Shown one piece after another: positions 28,726 to 39,928 of a stretch of DNA of 64,000 nt. Source of the stretch: an uncultured Candidatus Rokubacteria bacterium (GTDB taxonomy: Bacteria > Methylomirabilota > Methylomirabilia > Rokubacteriales > CSP1-6); contig CAVXJS010000011.1 of the NCBI GenBank assembly GCA_963762145.1, positions 416,001 to 480,000 of the forward strand, given 5' to 3'. The notes beneath the pieces are model-generated. The model was not told the origin of the DNA. It searched no databases and worked only from the letters and a program-made list of their open reading frames with translations. How positions within the stretch are numbered: the stretch's first letter is position 1; each line of letters opens with the position of its first letter. The translations under genes were made by a program, and so were the position numbers.

Positions 28726-29978
28726 GTGCCAACTGAATCCGCGCCCGCGGTCCGGACCATCCTCCACGTCGACATGGACGCGTTCTACGCGTCCGTCGAG
28801 CAGCGCGACCGGCCGGAGCTGCGCGGCCGGCCGGTGATCGTGGGCGCGGACCCGCGCGGGCGCGGCGTCGTGTCCGCCGCCTCGTACGAGGCGCGCCGCT
28901 TCGGCGTGCAGTCGGCGATGCCGATCGGCCGCGCCGGCGCGGCTCTGCCCCGCACGCGCGTGTTCCTCCCCGTCGACCAGGACAAGTACGCGGCGGTCTC
29001 GCGCCAGATCATGGCGATCCTCGGCGACTTCACCCCGCTCGTCGAGCCCGTCTCGATCGACGAGGCGTTCCTCGACGTGACCGGCAGCCGAGGCGCTGTT
29101 CGGCGACGGGCGCGCGGTGGCGCGGCGCGCATCAAGGCCCGCATCCGCGCCGAGCTGCGACCTCACCGCGTCGGTCGGCGTGGCCGCCGAACAAGTTCGT
29201 GGCCAAGGTCGCGTCCGACCTCGAGCAAGCCGGACGGGCTCGTCGTGGTGGCCGCCGGGCGACGGAGGCGGAGTTTCTCGCGCCGCTGCCGGTCGGCCGG
29301 CTGTGGGGCGTGGGCCGCGTGACCGCGGAAGCAGCTCGAGGCGATCGGGTGTCCAGACGATCGGTCAGCTCGCCGCGCTCCCCGCCGAGTCGCTCGCCGC
29401 GCGCTTCGGCCCGGGCAGGCGCGATCTCCACGACGCTGGCCGACGGGCCGCGACGACCGCGCCGGTCGAGCCGTTCGCGGCGCCCAAGTCCATGGGTGCC
29501 GAGGAGACGTTCGGCCGCGACCATCGCGATGCGGCGCGCCTGCACGCCACGCTGCGCGCGCAGGCCGAGCGCGTGGCGCGCGAGCTGCGCGCGGAGGGCT
29601 ACGCGGGGCGCTGCGTCACCCTCAAGCTCCGCTTCGCGGACTTCTCACGATCACGCGCCGGCACACGCGACGAGCCCACCCAGGACGGGCTCGCGATCTA
29701 CCGTCGAGCTCGCGCGCTGCTCGACCGCAGTCCGCTTGCGCCAGCCCGTCCGGCTGATCGGGCTATCGGTCTCCGCGCTGGGCCCGGCGCGGCCGGCCAG
29801 CTGTCGCTGCTCGACGCCGGACGCGCATGCGCCGGGAGCGGCTGGCGCGCGCCGTGGATCGCCTCACCGGGCGCTTCGGCGACGGTGCAGTCCGCTGCGC
29901 CTCGCCGACCAGCGCGTGCGGTCCGCGCCGGCCGCCCCGGCGAGGCGGCCGTTGCCTTCGCGCGTAGCCTCGGGCTAG
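28726..29978 (+). CDS. dinB: DNA polymerase IV; multiple frameshifts, 3' end approximate
   Basis: ILHVDMDAFYASVEQ, SYEARRFG, SIDEAFLD, KPDG, KSMGAEETF and TLKLRF motifs. Confidence 0.9.
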
Positions 29979-30022
29979 ACTCGCTGAACAGCGGTTCATT
30001 CTCGTCGTCGCAGGAGGCAGCC

Positions 30023-30781
30023 ATGGAGCGGCCCATCGCGTACGACAAGCTCGCCCGCGAGGATCGCTTCATCCGGATGCGGGCGCGCGAGGTCGCGCAG
30101 CTCAAGATCGAGCAGGGGCTCGCCCCGTTCCCGGACCTGCTCGCCCGCGAGTCGATCAAGGAGCGCGTGCACGGCATCATGGTGGGCGAGATGCAGGCGA
30201 TGGAAGGGCGCGGGCCGCACCGTCTACGACTTCCCGGACGCGCCGTGGGAGTTCACCATGGACATGGCGCGGCAGGTGTGGGACGAGTCGCGCCACGTCG
30301 AGATCTACCTCCGGCTGCTCGAGCACCTGGGCGGCTACATCGGCGAGTTCCCGGAGACGACCATCCTCTGGCGCTGCGCGTGCGCGGAGGACGCGGCGGC
30401 CCGCGTGGCCGGCGTGAACCGCGGCCTCGAGGGCCTGGCCTGCGACGTGTTCAACCAGCTCGTGCACATCGCGCGGAAGATGGGGGACCCGATCCTCGAG
30501 CGCGCGGTCGACTTCGTGCTGGCCGACGAGATCACCCACGTCCGGATGGGCTCGAAGTGGCTGACCAAGCTCACCGAGGGCGATCCGGAGCGCCGCCGCC
30601 TCGCCATCGAGTTCCAGGAGACCATCGACGAGCGCTTCAACCTGGGCGGTATCCGGCAGCGACGGCGCGCACGAGTGGTCCTGATCTCCATCGCCACCGA
30701 GGCGCGCCGAGCTGGGCGGCTTCACCGACGAGGAGATCGCGCGGCTCATCAAGACCACGCAGCGCTCGGCCGGTCTACTGA
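30023..30781 (+). CDS. Ferritin-like diiron protein (DUF455-like); frameshifts
   Basis: GEMQA...WDESRH...GLEGLACD...ADEITH, i.e. E/ExxH/E/ExxH ligand pattern; RBS AGGAGG. Confidence 0.75.
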   Translation: MERPIAYDKLAREDRFIRMRAREVAQLKIEQGLAPFPDLLARESIKERVHGIMVGEMQAMEGRGPHRLRLPGRAVGVHHGHGAAGVGRVAPRRDLPPAARAPGRLHRRVPGDDHPLALRVRGGRGGPRGRREPRPRGPGLRRVQPARAHRAEDGGPDPRARGRLRAGRRDHPRPDGLEVADQAHRGRSGAPPPRHRVPGDHRRALQPGRYPAATARTSGPDLHRHRGAPSWAASPTRRSRGSSRPRSARPVY

Positions 30782-30799
30782 GCCGCCCGCTCCTGCCGC

Positions 30800-31785
30800 A
30801 TGACGCACCCGCTCGCGGGATATCTCGAGGTCGACGAGTCGGCGAAGACCGTCCGGCACTACCGCTACGTCGGTCGAGCGGATGATGCGCATCCTGGGCG
30901 GCTGGATGGCGCTGACCCCGGAGCTGTCGGCCAAGCTGCTCATGGGCCGCCACGTCTGGGACAACGCCCAGCACGCGGACGCGTGGGGCAAGCGGCTGCC
31001 CGAACTGCGCGCCACCGCCCAGGTCTCCGAGCCCGCCAACGCGCGGCTGGTCGGCCTTCATGGACGCGGTCGAGGCCGCCGAGCGGCCCGAACAGACCGT
31101 CGAGCGCGTGGTCGCGATCTACCGGGTGCTCAAGCCGCACCTGCTCGCCACCTACAAGGCCCACCTCGCGACCGCCAACGCGGTCTACGAGCCGCCCACC
31201 TGCCGCATCCTCGCGCCGCTGCATCGAGGACGAGCGGCGCCACATCGCGGCGGGTGAGACCGTCCTGCGACATCTCCTCCGCAGCCCGGAGCTGGACGCG
31301 CGCGCGCGCGCCTGCGAGGCGCGGCTCTGGGCGCTGCTCGGCGGCGGGTGGCGTGACCGGGACGGGCGCGGTCAGCTCGGGTGAGCGCGCCGGGGACGCG
31401 CGGGTCGGCGCGCTGAGCGACGAGGCCGCCGAGTTCATCCGCCTCGAGCAGTCGACCGGCACCTGGCCGATCGCGCCCGCGCTCGCCGCGGCGCTCGCGG
31501 GCCTTCGGCGATGCGCTGGTCGCGGGTGACGTGGCCGGAGCCCGGCGCTGGCTCGCGCCCGAGGTGGAGGTGGGCGCGGGCCTGGGGACGAGGCTGCGCG
31601 AGGCGCACGGAAGCGGGCACTCGATCGTCGCGTGCGCGCGCCTCGGAGAGCAGCGCCTGGTGAAGCTCCGCCTCGAGGGCGCCCACGGCGGTCTCACGCT
31701 CCTGCTCCGCTGGGTGCCCACCGGCGCCGACTGGCGAGTCGTCGTGCTCGAGGCCGTCTCCGCTCCCCCCGCGTCGCCCGCCTGA
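30800..31785 (+). CDS. Ferritin-like protein with degenerate ligands plus a C-terminal domain; frameshifts
   Basis: MMRILGGW...[19 protein letters not shown]...EDERRH, pieced across frames. Confidence 0.6.
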
Positions 31786-31790
31786 TCTCC

Positions 31791-33134
31791 GTGCTGCAGA
31801 GCGTCCTGATCGCCAACCGGGGAGAGATCGCCCGCCGGGTCATCCGCGGCTGCCGGGCCCTGGGCATCCGCGCGGTGGCGGTGTACTCGGAGGCCGACGC
31901 GGGGTGGCCGCACGTCGCCGACGCCGACGAGGCCGTGCTCATCGGCCCGGCCCCCGCGCGCGAGAGCTATCTCGACGTCGAGCGCATCCTCGACGCGGCC
32001 CGGCGCACGGGCGCGCAGGCCGTCCATCCCGGCTACGGCTTCCTCTCCGAGAACTGGCGCTTCGCCCAGGCCTGCGAGGCGGCCGGCTTGATCTTCGTCG
32101 GGCCGTCGTGGCGGGTGATCCAGCAGATGGGCGACAAGGTCGGCGCCCGCCGAGCTCATGGCGGCGGCGGGCGTGCCGGTGGTGCCGGGCAGCGACGGCC
32201 CGGTGGACTCGGTCGAGGCGGCGCGGGAGGTCGCGGGCCGGATCGGGTACCCGGTGATGATCAAGGCGCGCGGCGGGCGGCGGGGGATCGGGATGATGCG
32301 GGTCAAGGCGAGGCGGGCGCTGGCGGCCGCCTTCGCGTCCGCCCAGCGGCGTGCCCAGTCCGCGTTCGGGTCGGGCGCGCTGTTCGTGGAGCGCTTCCTC
32401 GAAGCGCCGCGCCACATCGAGGTCCAGATCTTCGGCGACGCCGGCGGCCGCGTGGTGCATCTCCACGAGCGCGAGTGCTCGATCCAGCGCCGGCACCAGA
32501 AGCTCGTGGAGGAGAGCCCCGCCCCGAACCTGTCCGCGGCCCTGAAGGCGCGACTGACCGCGGCCGCGGTGGCGGGGGCCCGGGCGGTGGGCTACGCGAA
32601 CGCGGGGACCATGGAGTTCATCGTCCAGGGCGACGAGTTCTACTTTCTCGAGATGAACACGCGCCTCCAGGTGGAGCATCCGGTGACCGAGGAGGTGACC
32701 GGGTTCGACCTGGTGGCGGCCCAGCTCCGCGTCGCCTCCGGGGAGCCGCTGCCGTGGACGCAGGAGCAGGTCGCCGCAGCGCGGAGCGAGCATCGAGTGC
32801 CGGATCTACGCGGAGGATCCCGCCAAGGGCTTCATGCCCTCGCCGGGCCGCATCACGCGGCTCGCGCTGCCCGAGGGGCCCGGGGTGCGGCTCGAGTGCG
32901 GGGTCGCGGAGGGCGTGCGAGGTCACCGTGCACTACGACCCGCTCCTCGCCAAGCTGATCGCCACCGGGGGCACGCGGGACGAGGCCATCGCGCGCATGC
33001 GCGCGGCTCTCGACGGCTTCGTGGTCGAGGGCGTGAAGACCGCGATCCCGTTCCAGCGGCGCGTGATGGAGAGCGCCGCGTTCCGGGCCGGCGCGGTGCA
33101 CACGCAGATGGTCGAGCAGGGCGCCTTCGCCTGA
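31791..33134 (+). CDS. Biotin carboxylase subunit of an acyl-CoA carboxylase; frameshifts
   Basis: [45 protein letters not shown] and YDPLLAKL motifs. Confidence 0.92.
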   Translation: MLQSVLIANRGEIARRVIRGCRALGIRAVAVYSEADAGWPHVADADEAVLIGPAPARESYLDVERILDAARRTGAQAVHPGYGFLSENWRFAQACEAAGLIFVGPSWRVIQQMGDKVGARRAHGGGGRAGGAGQRRPGGLGRGGAGGRGPDRVPGDDQGARRAAGDRDDAGQGEAGAGGRLRVRPAACPVRVRVGRAVRGALPRSAAPHRGPDLRRRRRPRGASPRARVLDPAPAPEARGGEPRPEPVRGPEGATDRGRGGGGPGGGLRERGDHGVHRPGRRVLLSRDEHAPPGGASGDRGGDRVRPGGGPAPRRLRGAAAVDAGAGRRSAERASSAGSTRRIPPRASCPRRAASRGSRCPRGPGCGSSAGSRRACEVTVHYDPLLAKLIATGGTRDEAIARMRAALDGFVVEGVKTAIPFQRRVMESAAFRAGAVHTQMVEQGAFA

Positions 33135-33157
33135 GCCGGCTCCCCCAGGTCCCCGTC

Positions 33158-34771
33158 ATGGAGACGACTCTCACCGACGCGCGGGTCCGGGCGATGACGG
33201 GGCCCGGACTCTGGCGCAACGAGAGCCTCGCCGACTACCTGGACCGCTGGGCGCGAGAGCGTCCGAACAAGATCGCGCTGGTCGACCGCTGGGGCCGCAC
33301 CACGTGGGAGGAGCTCGCCCGATCGGTGGATCGGGTGGCGGCCGGGCTCGCCCGGCGAGGGGTCGAGCGGGGGACGGTGATCGCCGTCCAGCTCCCCAAC
33401 TGGAGCGAGGCCGTGACCGTCTTTCTGGCCGCTCTCCGCCTGGGCGCCGTGATCAATCCGATCCCGCCCACCTACCGGGCCAGCGAGCTCCGGTTCATGC
33501 TGGGCCTGCTGGAGACCCGGGTGGTGGTGGGGCCGGCCGCCTTCCGCGGCTTCCAGCATGCCGGCATGCTGGCCGCGCTGCGACCCGAGCTCCCGCGCCT
33601 CGAGCACGTGTTCGTGGTGCGGGGCGACGGGGCCGTCGGCACGACGCCGTTCACCGCGCTCGCGGACACAGCGTCCGCGCCCGCGGGCGCCACGGCGGGG
33701 ACCCCGGTGAACGCGGTGCACGAAGTGGTGTTCACGTCCGGTACCACCGGGGAGCCGAAGGGCGTGATGCATACCGAGAACACCACGCTCTCGCTCATGC
33801 ACCACGCGATCGAGCGGCTCGAGCTGTCGGAGCGCGACGTGATCCTGATGGCCTCGACCGTCGGCCACCAGACGGGGTACCTCTACGGGCACTGTCTGAA
33901 CGTGCTGCTCGGCGCCACCACCGTCTGGATGGATATCTGGAATCCCGCGGAGGCGGCGCGCCTGATCGAGGCCGAGCGGGTCACGGTGAGCATGGGGGCC
34001 ACGCCGTTCTTGCGCGACCTGACCTACGCCGACGCCGGGCCGAGCCTGCGCTCGCTGCGACTGTTCATCGCGGCGGGCGCCCCGATTCCCCGGGCGCTGG
34101 TTCGCGACGGTCGGGCGCGGCTCGGCTGCGCGATCTCGGCCGGCTGGGGCATGACCGAGAACGGCATGGTCACCTGTAACGGGCTCCACGATCCCGAGGA
34201 GAAGATCTTCGGCAGCGACGGCGCCCCCCTGGGCGGAATGGAGCTCCGGGTGGTGGGCGATGACGGCGCGCCGGTCGCGCCCGGCGTCGAGGGGGACCTG
34301 CTGGTGCGCGGGCTCTCCCAGTTCGTCGGCTACGTCAAGCGGCCGCAGTTCACCGCGGACGCCTACACCGCGGACGGCTGGTTCAAGACCGGCGACCGGG
34401 CGACGCTCGATCCGCAGGGATACCTCGCCATCACCGGCCGGTCGAAGGATCTGATCATCCGAGGAGGGGAGAACATCCCGATCGTGGAGGTCGAGAACCT
34501 GCTCTACACTCATCCGAAGATCGCCGGGGTGGCCATCGTGGCCGTCCCCGACCAGCGCCTCGGGGAGCGGGCCTGTGCGGTGGTGATCCCGCGGGGGGGC
34601 GAGACGATCACCCTGGAGGAGATCACCGCGTACCTGGAGGGGCATGAGCTGGCGCGGCAGAAGTTTCCCGAGCGGCTCGAGCTGGTCTCCGAGTTCCCGA
34701 TGACTCCCAGCGGCAAGATCCAGAAGTACAAGCTCCGCGACATGATCGCCGAGCGCGCGAAGCCGCGATGA
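33158..34771 (+). CDS. Acyl-CoA ligase (cyclohexanecarboxylate-CoA ligase AliA-like)
   Basis: [43 protein letters not shown] and SGKIQK motifs. Confidence 0.85.
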   Translation: METTLTDARVRAMTGPGLWRNESLADYLDRWARERPNKIALVDRWGRTTWEELARSVDRVAAGLARRGVERGTVIAVQLPNWSEAVTVFLAALRLGAVINPIPPTYRASELRFMLGLLETRVVVGPAAFRGFQHAGMLAALRPELPRLEHVFVVRGDGAVGTTPFTALADTASAPAGATAGTPVNAVHEVVFTSGTTGEPKGVMHTENTTLSLMHHAIERLELSERDVILMASTVGHQTGYLYGHCLNVLLGATTVWMDIWNPAEAARLIEAERVTVSMGATPFLRDLTYADAGPSLRSLRLFIAAGAPIPRALVRDGRARLGCAISAGWGMTENGMVTCNGLHDPEEKIFGSDGAPLGGMELRVVGDDGAPVAPGVEGDLLVRGLSQFVGYVKRPQFTADAYTADGWFKTGDRATLDPQGYLAITGRSKDLIIRGGENIPIVEVENLLYTHPKIAGVAIVAVPDQRLGERACAVVIPRGGETITLEEITAYLEGHELARQKFPERLELVSEFPMTPSGKIQKYKLRDMIAERAKPR

Positions 34772-34785
34772 AAGGCTGACCAACC

Positions 34786-35583
34786 ATGAATCTGAACCTG
34801 GGCGGCAAGAGCGTCATCGTCACCGGCGGGGGCTCGAACATCGGGCGGGCGATCAGCCTGGCCTTTGCGAAGGAGGGCGCGCACCTCACCGTCGCCGAGA
34901 TCGACGAGGGGCAGGGACGGAAGGTGGTGACGGAAGCCCAGGGCCTGGGCGCCGCGTCCGCCACGCTCGTGCCGACCGACGTGACCCGCTGGGAGTCCGT
35001 GCAGGCGATGGTCCGCGAGGTCGAGGCCCGCGCGGGCCGGGTGGACGTGCTCGTGAACAACGTGGGCTGGACCTACGACCGCCTCTTCGTGGAGAAGGAG
35101 CGGACCGAGTGGGAGCGGGAGATCCAGCTCAACCTGTGGGGCATGATCAACTGCACCCGCGCGGTCCTCGACGGCATGATCGCGCGCAAGGGGGGCGCCA
35201 TCGTCAGCATGGGCTCCGACGCCGGGCGCATGGGGGAGTTTCGCGAGGGCGTCTACGGCGCGTGCAAGGCCGGGGTCATCGCGCTGTCCAAGAGCCTCGC
35301 GCGTGAGGTCGGCCGCCACGGCATCCGGCTCAACGTGGTCTGCCCCGGGATGACCATCCCGGACTCGGAGGAAGATTTTGGCGGCCTCAGCATGTGGGCC
35401 GCGGAAGCCAACCGGGCCTGGAGCGCGCCGGACATGCAGGCGCGAATCGCCAAGGCCTATCCCCTGCGGCGGATCGGCAAGCCGGAGGACGTGGCGCCCG
35501 CGGTGATGTTCCTCGCCTCCGACGCCGCGGGCTTCATCACCGGGCAGACCCTCTCGGTGAGCGGCGGCTATACGATGATGTGA
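34786..35583 (+). CDS. SDR dehydrogenase (BadH-like)
   Basis: TGGGSNIG, NNVGW, SDAGR and YGACK motifs. Confidence 0.85.
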   Translation: MNLNLGGKSVIVTGGGSNIGRAISLAFAKEGAHLTVAEIDEGQGRKVVTEAQGLGAASATLVPTDVTRWESVQAMVREVEARAGRVDVLVNNVGWTYDRLFVEKERTEWEREIQLNLWGMINCTRAVLDGMIARKGGAIVSMGSDAGRMGEFREGVYGACKAGVIALSKSLAREVGRHGIRLNVVCPGMTIPDSEEDFGGLSMWAAEANRAWSAPDMQARIAKAYPLRRIGKPEDVAPAVMFLASDAAGFITGQTLSVSGGYTMM

Positions 35584-35597
35584 GTGCGGAGGCGGCC

Positions 35598-36374
35598 ATG
35601 GACCTCGAGACGATCACCTACGCGACCGCCGGCGGCATCGCGCGCGTCACGCTGAACCGGCCGGACCGGCTGAACGCGATCAGCCCCGAGCTGCTCGCCG
35701 ATCTCGATCACGCCTGCGCGGCGGTGGAGGGCGATCCCGACGCGCGGGTCATGACCCTGACCGCGGCGGGCCGGGCCTTCTGCGCGGGCGCGGATCTCCG
35801 AGCGGTGCGCGAGCTCTCGCCCGATGCGGAGCGCTGGGGCGCGTTCATGGGCCTCTGGCACCGTGTCTTCGACCGGATCGAGGCCCTGCCGGTGCCGGTC
35901 ATCGCCGGGGTGCACGGGCTCGCGCTCGCGGGAGGGCTCGAGCTCGTGCTCGTGGCGGACCTGGTGGTGGCCGACGACGGCGCGCGGCTCGGTGATCAGC
36001 ACGCGAACTTCGGGCTGGTGGCGGGCGGGGGCGGCAGCCAGCGCCTGCCGCGTCTCATCGGGGCGCGTCGGGCCAAGGAGCTGATGCTGCTCGGCGGCTG
36101 GCTCACCGCGCCGGAGGCGCTCGCCTGGGGCCTCGTCAATCGCGTGGTCCCGGCCGGGACGGTCGCGGCGGCGGTGGACGAGATGGCGGCCGCGCTGGCC
36201 GCGGGCAGCGGATCGGCCAACCGCACCGTGAAGGCGCTGGTGGCTCGCGCCTTCGATACCGAGCTGGCGGACGGCCTCGCGCTGGAGCGGCGCCTGGTGG
36301 CGGAGCACATGCGCTCCGCCGATGCGGCCGAGGGGCTGCGCGCGTTCGCCGAGAAGCGGAAGCCGAGGTTCTAG
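35598..36374 (+). CDS. Enoyl-CoA hydratase/isomerase (crotonase superfamily)
   Basis: LNRPDRLNA, FCAGADL, AGGLEL and EKRKP motifs. Confidence 0.9.
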   Translation: MDLETITYATAGGIARVTLNRPDRLNAISPELLADLDHACAAVEGDPDARVMTLTAAGRAFCAGADLRAVRELSPDAERWGAFMGLWHRVFDRIEALPVPVIAGVHGLALAGGLELVLVADLVVADDGARLGDQHANFGLVAGGGGSQRLPRLIGARRAKELMLLGGWLTAPEALAWGLVNRVVPAGTVAAAVDEMAAALAAGSGSANRTVKALVARAFDTELADGLALERRLVAEHMRSADAAEGLRAFAEKRKPRF

Positions 36375-36380
36375 AGACGC

Positions 36381-37532
36381 ATGGATCTCGCGTTCTCGCC
36401 CGAGCAGGACGAGCTGGTGCGCGCGCTCCGGCAGTTCGCGCGGCGCGAGCTCGCGCCGCACTCGGCCCACTGGGACCGGACCGGCGAGTTCCCCTGGGAG
36501 GCCTGGCGACGCATGGGCGAGCTGGGGCTGCTGGGCCTGCGCATCCCCGAGGCCTACGGGGGCCAGAGTGCGGACTTCCTGACCTTCGGCATCGCGATGG
36601 AGGAGATCGGGCGTGGCGATTTCAGCTGTACCTACGGGATCCAGCTCGCGGGGCTGGCCGGAGAGATCCTGGGGCGCAGCGGCGGCGAGGAGATCAAATC
36701 CCGGTGGCTGCCCCCGACCGCGAGCGGCGAGGCGGTCGTCGCGCTCGCCCTCACCGAGCCGGGCGCCGGCTCGGACGCGGCCAACCTGGCCTGCCGGGCC
36801 GAGCGTGACGGCGATGGCTATGTCATCACCGGGGAGAAGTCCGGCATCAGCCTGGGCATGGCGGCGCAGGCCGCGATCGTCTTCGCGCGCACCGACCCCG
36901 CGGGTCGCGCGCGCGGGGTGACCGCCTTCCTGGTGCCGCTCGACCTGCCGGGCGTCTCGCGAAGCCCCCTCCGCGACATGGGCACCCGCGCCATCGGCCG
37001 CGCCGTCCTGGCTTTCGACCACGTGCGCGTGCCCGCGTCGCACCGGCTGGGCGAGGAAGGCACCGGCTTCTACCAGGTCATGCAGGGCTTCGACTACAAC
37101 CGGATCGGCATCGCGCTCGCGTGCCTCGGGGTGGCCCAGCAGTCGGTCGAGGAGACCATGGGCTACGTGAAGGAGCGCAAGGCCTTCGGCCACGCGATCG
37201 CCCGCTTCCAGGGCGTCTCCTTTCCGATCGCGGAGGCGGCCACGCACCTGGAGGCCTGCCGCTGGCTCTGCTACCGCGCGCTCTGGCTCGCCGATCACGG
37301 GCGCCCGCACACCAAGGAATCGGCGATGACCAAGTGGTGGGGTCCGCGGCTGGCGGTGGACACGATCCACCAGTGCCTGCTGCTGCACGGCCACTACGGC
37401 TACACCGACGAGCTGCCCTTCGAGCAGCGCATGCGGGACGTGATCGGGCTCGAGATCGGCGACGGGGCCAGCGAGGTCATGAAGATGGTGGTGGCCCGCG
37501 AGCTCATGGGACGCGAGAGCCTGCCCTACTAG
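36381..37532 (+). CDS. Acyl-CoA dehydrogenase (cyclohexanecarboxyl-CoA dehydrogenase AliB-like)
   Basis: LTEPGAGSDA, RKAFG, FQGVSFP, HGHYGY and RDVIGLEIGDG motifs. Confidence 0.88.
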   Translation: MDLAFSPEQDELVRALRQFARRELAPHSAHWDRTGEFPWEAWRRMGELGLLGLRIPEAYGGQSADFLTFGIAMEEIGRGDFSCTYGIQLAGLAGEILGRSGGEEIKSRWLPPTASGEAVVALALTEPGAGSDAANLACRAERDGDGYVITGEKSGISLGMAAQAAIVFARTDPAGRARGVTAFLVPLDLPGVSRSPLRDMGTRAIGRAVLAFDHVRVPASHRLGEEGTGFYQVMQGFDYNRIGIALACLGVAQQSVEETMGYVKERKAFGHAIARFQGVSFPIAEAATHLEACRWLCYRALWLADHGRPHTKESAMTKWWGPRLAVDTIHQCLLLHGHYGYTDELPFEQRMRDVIGLEIGDGASEVMKMVVARELMGRESLPY

Positions 37533-37613
37533 CCGCGCCGCCCGGCGGCGGCCTTCTGTGAGAGAATGCGGCGGCCTCGAGAGACGCCGCGATAATTCGA
37601 CAAGGAGCCTTCA

Positions 37614-37829
37614 ATGCCCGAGGAAGTCAAAGCCCACATCACCGGCGTGGTGTTCCAGATTCCCACCAAGCTGGGTGACGCGGTGGCCGCCGGTGACGCG
37701 ATCATCGTGCTCGAATCGATGAAGATGGAAATTCCGGTGGAAGCTCCCCGCGCCGGCACGGTGCGCGAGATCAAGGTCACCGAGGGCCAGACGGTACAGG
37801 AGGGAGATACCGTCGCGCTCCTAGACTGA
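37614..37829 (+). CDS. Stand-alone biotin carboxyl carrier protein
   Basis: ESMKME biotinylation motif. Confidence 0.92.
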   Translation: MPEEVKAHITGVVFQIPTKLGDAVAAGDAIIVLESMKMEIPVEAPRAGTVREIKVTEGQTVQEGDTVALLD

Positions 37830-37851
37830 CCCCGTCCCCGAAGGAGACCCC

Positions 37852-38355
37852 ATGTCCATCGCGCTGGTCCGGGAGCACTACGACTACCACCACTGGGCGA
37901 ACCGGCGGCTCTTCGACCAGGCCACCGGCCTGGGCGACGCGGTGACGCGCGACATGGGCGCGCACTGGAGCGCCCCCACGCTCAAGGGCATGTTCGCCCA
38001 CATCCACGGCGCCGACCACGTCTGGCTCGCCCGGTGGAGGGGGTCGTCCCCGAGCCGGCTCCGGGGGGACGCGGACTTCGCGAGCATGACCGATCTGCGC
38101 GCGCAGTGGGACGCGCTGGAGGCGGAGCAGCGCGCCTTCGTGGCCGGACTGGGAGACGCCGATCTCACCCGGCCGGTGCAGTACCGGAACACGGAGGGCA
38201 AGGAGTTCCAGGTGGCCCTCGGGGCGCTGCTCCAGCACGTGGTCAACCACGCGACCCACCATCGCAGCGAGGCCGCGACCATGATCACCCTGATCAGTGG
38301 CTCGCCCCCCGACACCGGGATCAACACCTACCGCGTCGCGGTCGTGAAGGGCTGA
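37852..38355 (+). CDS. DinB/YfiT-family metalloprotein
   Basis: YHHWANRR, H...W and HVVNHATHHR motifs. Confidence 0.85.
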   Translation: MSIALVREHYDYHHWANRRLFDQATGLGDAVTRDMGAHWSAPTLKGMFAHIHGADHVWLARWRGSSPSRLRGDADFASMTDLRAQWDALEAEQRAFVAGLGDADLTRPVQYRNTEGKEFQVALGALLQHVVNHATHHRSEAATMITLISGSPPDTGINTYRVAVVKG

Positions 38356-38366
38356 GCCCGTTGGGG

Positions 38367-39911
38367 ATGAAGGAGCTGGCCGACGATCTCCGGACGCGGC
38401 GGCAGCGGGCCGTCGCGATGGGAGGCCCGGAGGCCGTCGCCAAGCAGCACGCGGAGGGCAAGCTGACCGTCCGCGAGCGCCTGGACCTGCTCTTCGATGC
38501 GGGCTCGTTCCAGGAGCTCGGCGTGCTCGCCACCCACGCCAACATCGTGCCCTCCATGAGGGGCCGGGAGACGCCGGCCGACGGGGTGGTGACCGGCTTC
38601 GGCAAGGTCAGCGGCAGGCCCGCCGCGGTGATCGCCTACGACTTCACGGTCATGGCCGGCTCCATGGGGCGCACCGCCGAGGTGAAGTGCAACCGGGCCC
38701 GCGAGATCGCGCTCACCAAGCGCATGCCGATGATCTGGCTGATCGACTCGGCGGGCGCGCGGATCCAGGAGGCGATCGGCTCCACGTTCGCGGGCTCGGG
38801 CTTTCTGTTCCGGGAGGAGTCCATCATGTCTGGCGTGGTCCCGATGGTGGCCGCCATGATGGGCCCGGGCGCAGCCGGTACCGCCTACATTCCCGCGCTC
38901 GCGGACTTCGTGCCGATGGTGGCCGGGACGAGCCACATGGCCCTGGGTGGCCCGCCCCTGGTGAAGGCGGTGGTGGGAGAGGAGATCACGGCGGAGGAGC
39001 TGGGGGGCTCGAAGGTCCACACGGAGATCTCGGGCGTGGCCGACCTCGAAGTCGCGGACGACCGGGCCTGCATCGCGGCGGTGAAGGAGTATCTCGCCTT
39101 CTTCCCGACGTCGAACCTGGAGCAGCCCCCGGTGCTCCCCTGCGACGATCCCGCCGATCGCATGGACGAGGCGCTGGTGAGCCTCGTGCCGGACAGCGCG
39201 CGCCGCGCCTACGACATGAAGAAGGTGATCGGGCACCTGGTCGACCACGGGCGGTTCTTCGAGATCAAGCCGGGCTGGGCCCGCAACCTCATCATCGGCC
39301 TCGCTCGGATGGGCGGCCGGCCGGTGGGCATCGTCGCGAACCAGCCCATGGTGCTGGGCGGGGCCCTCGACGTGGACGCGGCGGACAAGGCGGCGCGCTT
39401 CATCATGCTGTGCGATGCCTTCCACATCCCGCTGCTGTTCCTGCAGGACGTGCCCGGCTTCCTGGTGGGCTCGAAGGTGGAGCGCCAGGGTATCATCCGC
39501 CACGGGGCCAAGATGCTCTACGCGGTCAGCGAAGCCACCGTGCCCAAGGTCACGGTGGTGGTGCGGAAGGCGTACGGCGCGGGCTACTTCGTCATGTGCG
39601 GGCGAGCCTACGAGCCGGACCTGATCGTGGCCTGGCCCACCGCCGAGATCTCGGTGATGGGGCCGGAGGGTGGCACCAACATCATCTTCCGGAAGGAGAT
39701 CGCGGCTGCGGCCAGCCCCGACGAGGAGCGCGCCCGGAGGGTGGAGGAGTTCCGCGGGCTGATCAACCCCTACATCGCGGCGGGCGGCGCGCTGATCGAC
39801 GACGTCATCGACCCGAGGGAAACCCGCCCGGTGGTGATTCGCGCGCTCGAGATGGCCCGCACCAAGAAGGTCGAGCGGCCCTGGAAGAAGCATGGAGTGA
39901 TGCCGGTCTAG
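38367..39911 (+). CDS. Acyl-CoA carboxylase carboxyltransferase (beta) subunit
   Basis: GKLTVRERL, DGVVTG, DFTVMAGS, GARIQE, DVPGF, RKAYGAG and KKHGVMP motifs. Confidence 0.92.
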   Translation: MKELADDLRTRRQRAVAMGGPEAVAKQHAEGKLTVRERLDLLFDAGSFQELGVLATHANIVPSMRGRETPADGVVTGFGKVSGRPAAVIAYDFTVMAGSMGRTAEVKCNRAREIALTKRMPMIWLIDSAGARIQEAIGSTFAGSGFLFREESIMSGVVPMVAAMMGPGAAGTAYIPALADFVPMVAGTSHMALGGPPLVKAVVGEEITAEELGGSKVHTEISGVADLEVADDRACIAAVKEYLAFFPTSNLEQPPVLPCDDPADRMDEALVSLVPDSARRAYDMKKVIGHLVDHGRFFEIKPGWARNLIIGLARMGGRPVGIVANQPMVLGGALDVDAADKAARFIMLCDAFHIPLLFLQDVPGFLVGSKVERQGIIRHGAKMLYAVSEATVPKVTVVVRKAYGAGYFVMCGRAYEPDLIVAWPTAEISVMGPEGGTNIIFRKEIAAAASPDEERARRVEEFRGLINPYIAAGGALIDDVIDPRETRPVVIRALEMARTKKVERPWKKHGVMPV

Positions 39912-39928
39912 CCAAGGAGGAGACTGCC

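Noticed and set aside
37852-38355. A second DNA polymerase IV (dinB)
   Set aside because: This is the unrelated DinB/YfiT four-helix family; only 28726-29978 is Pol IV.
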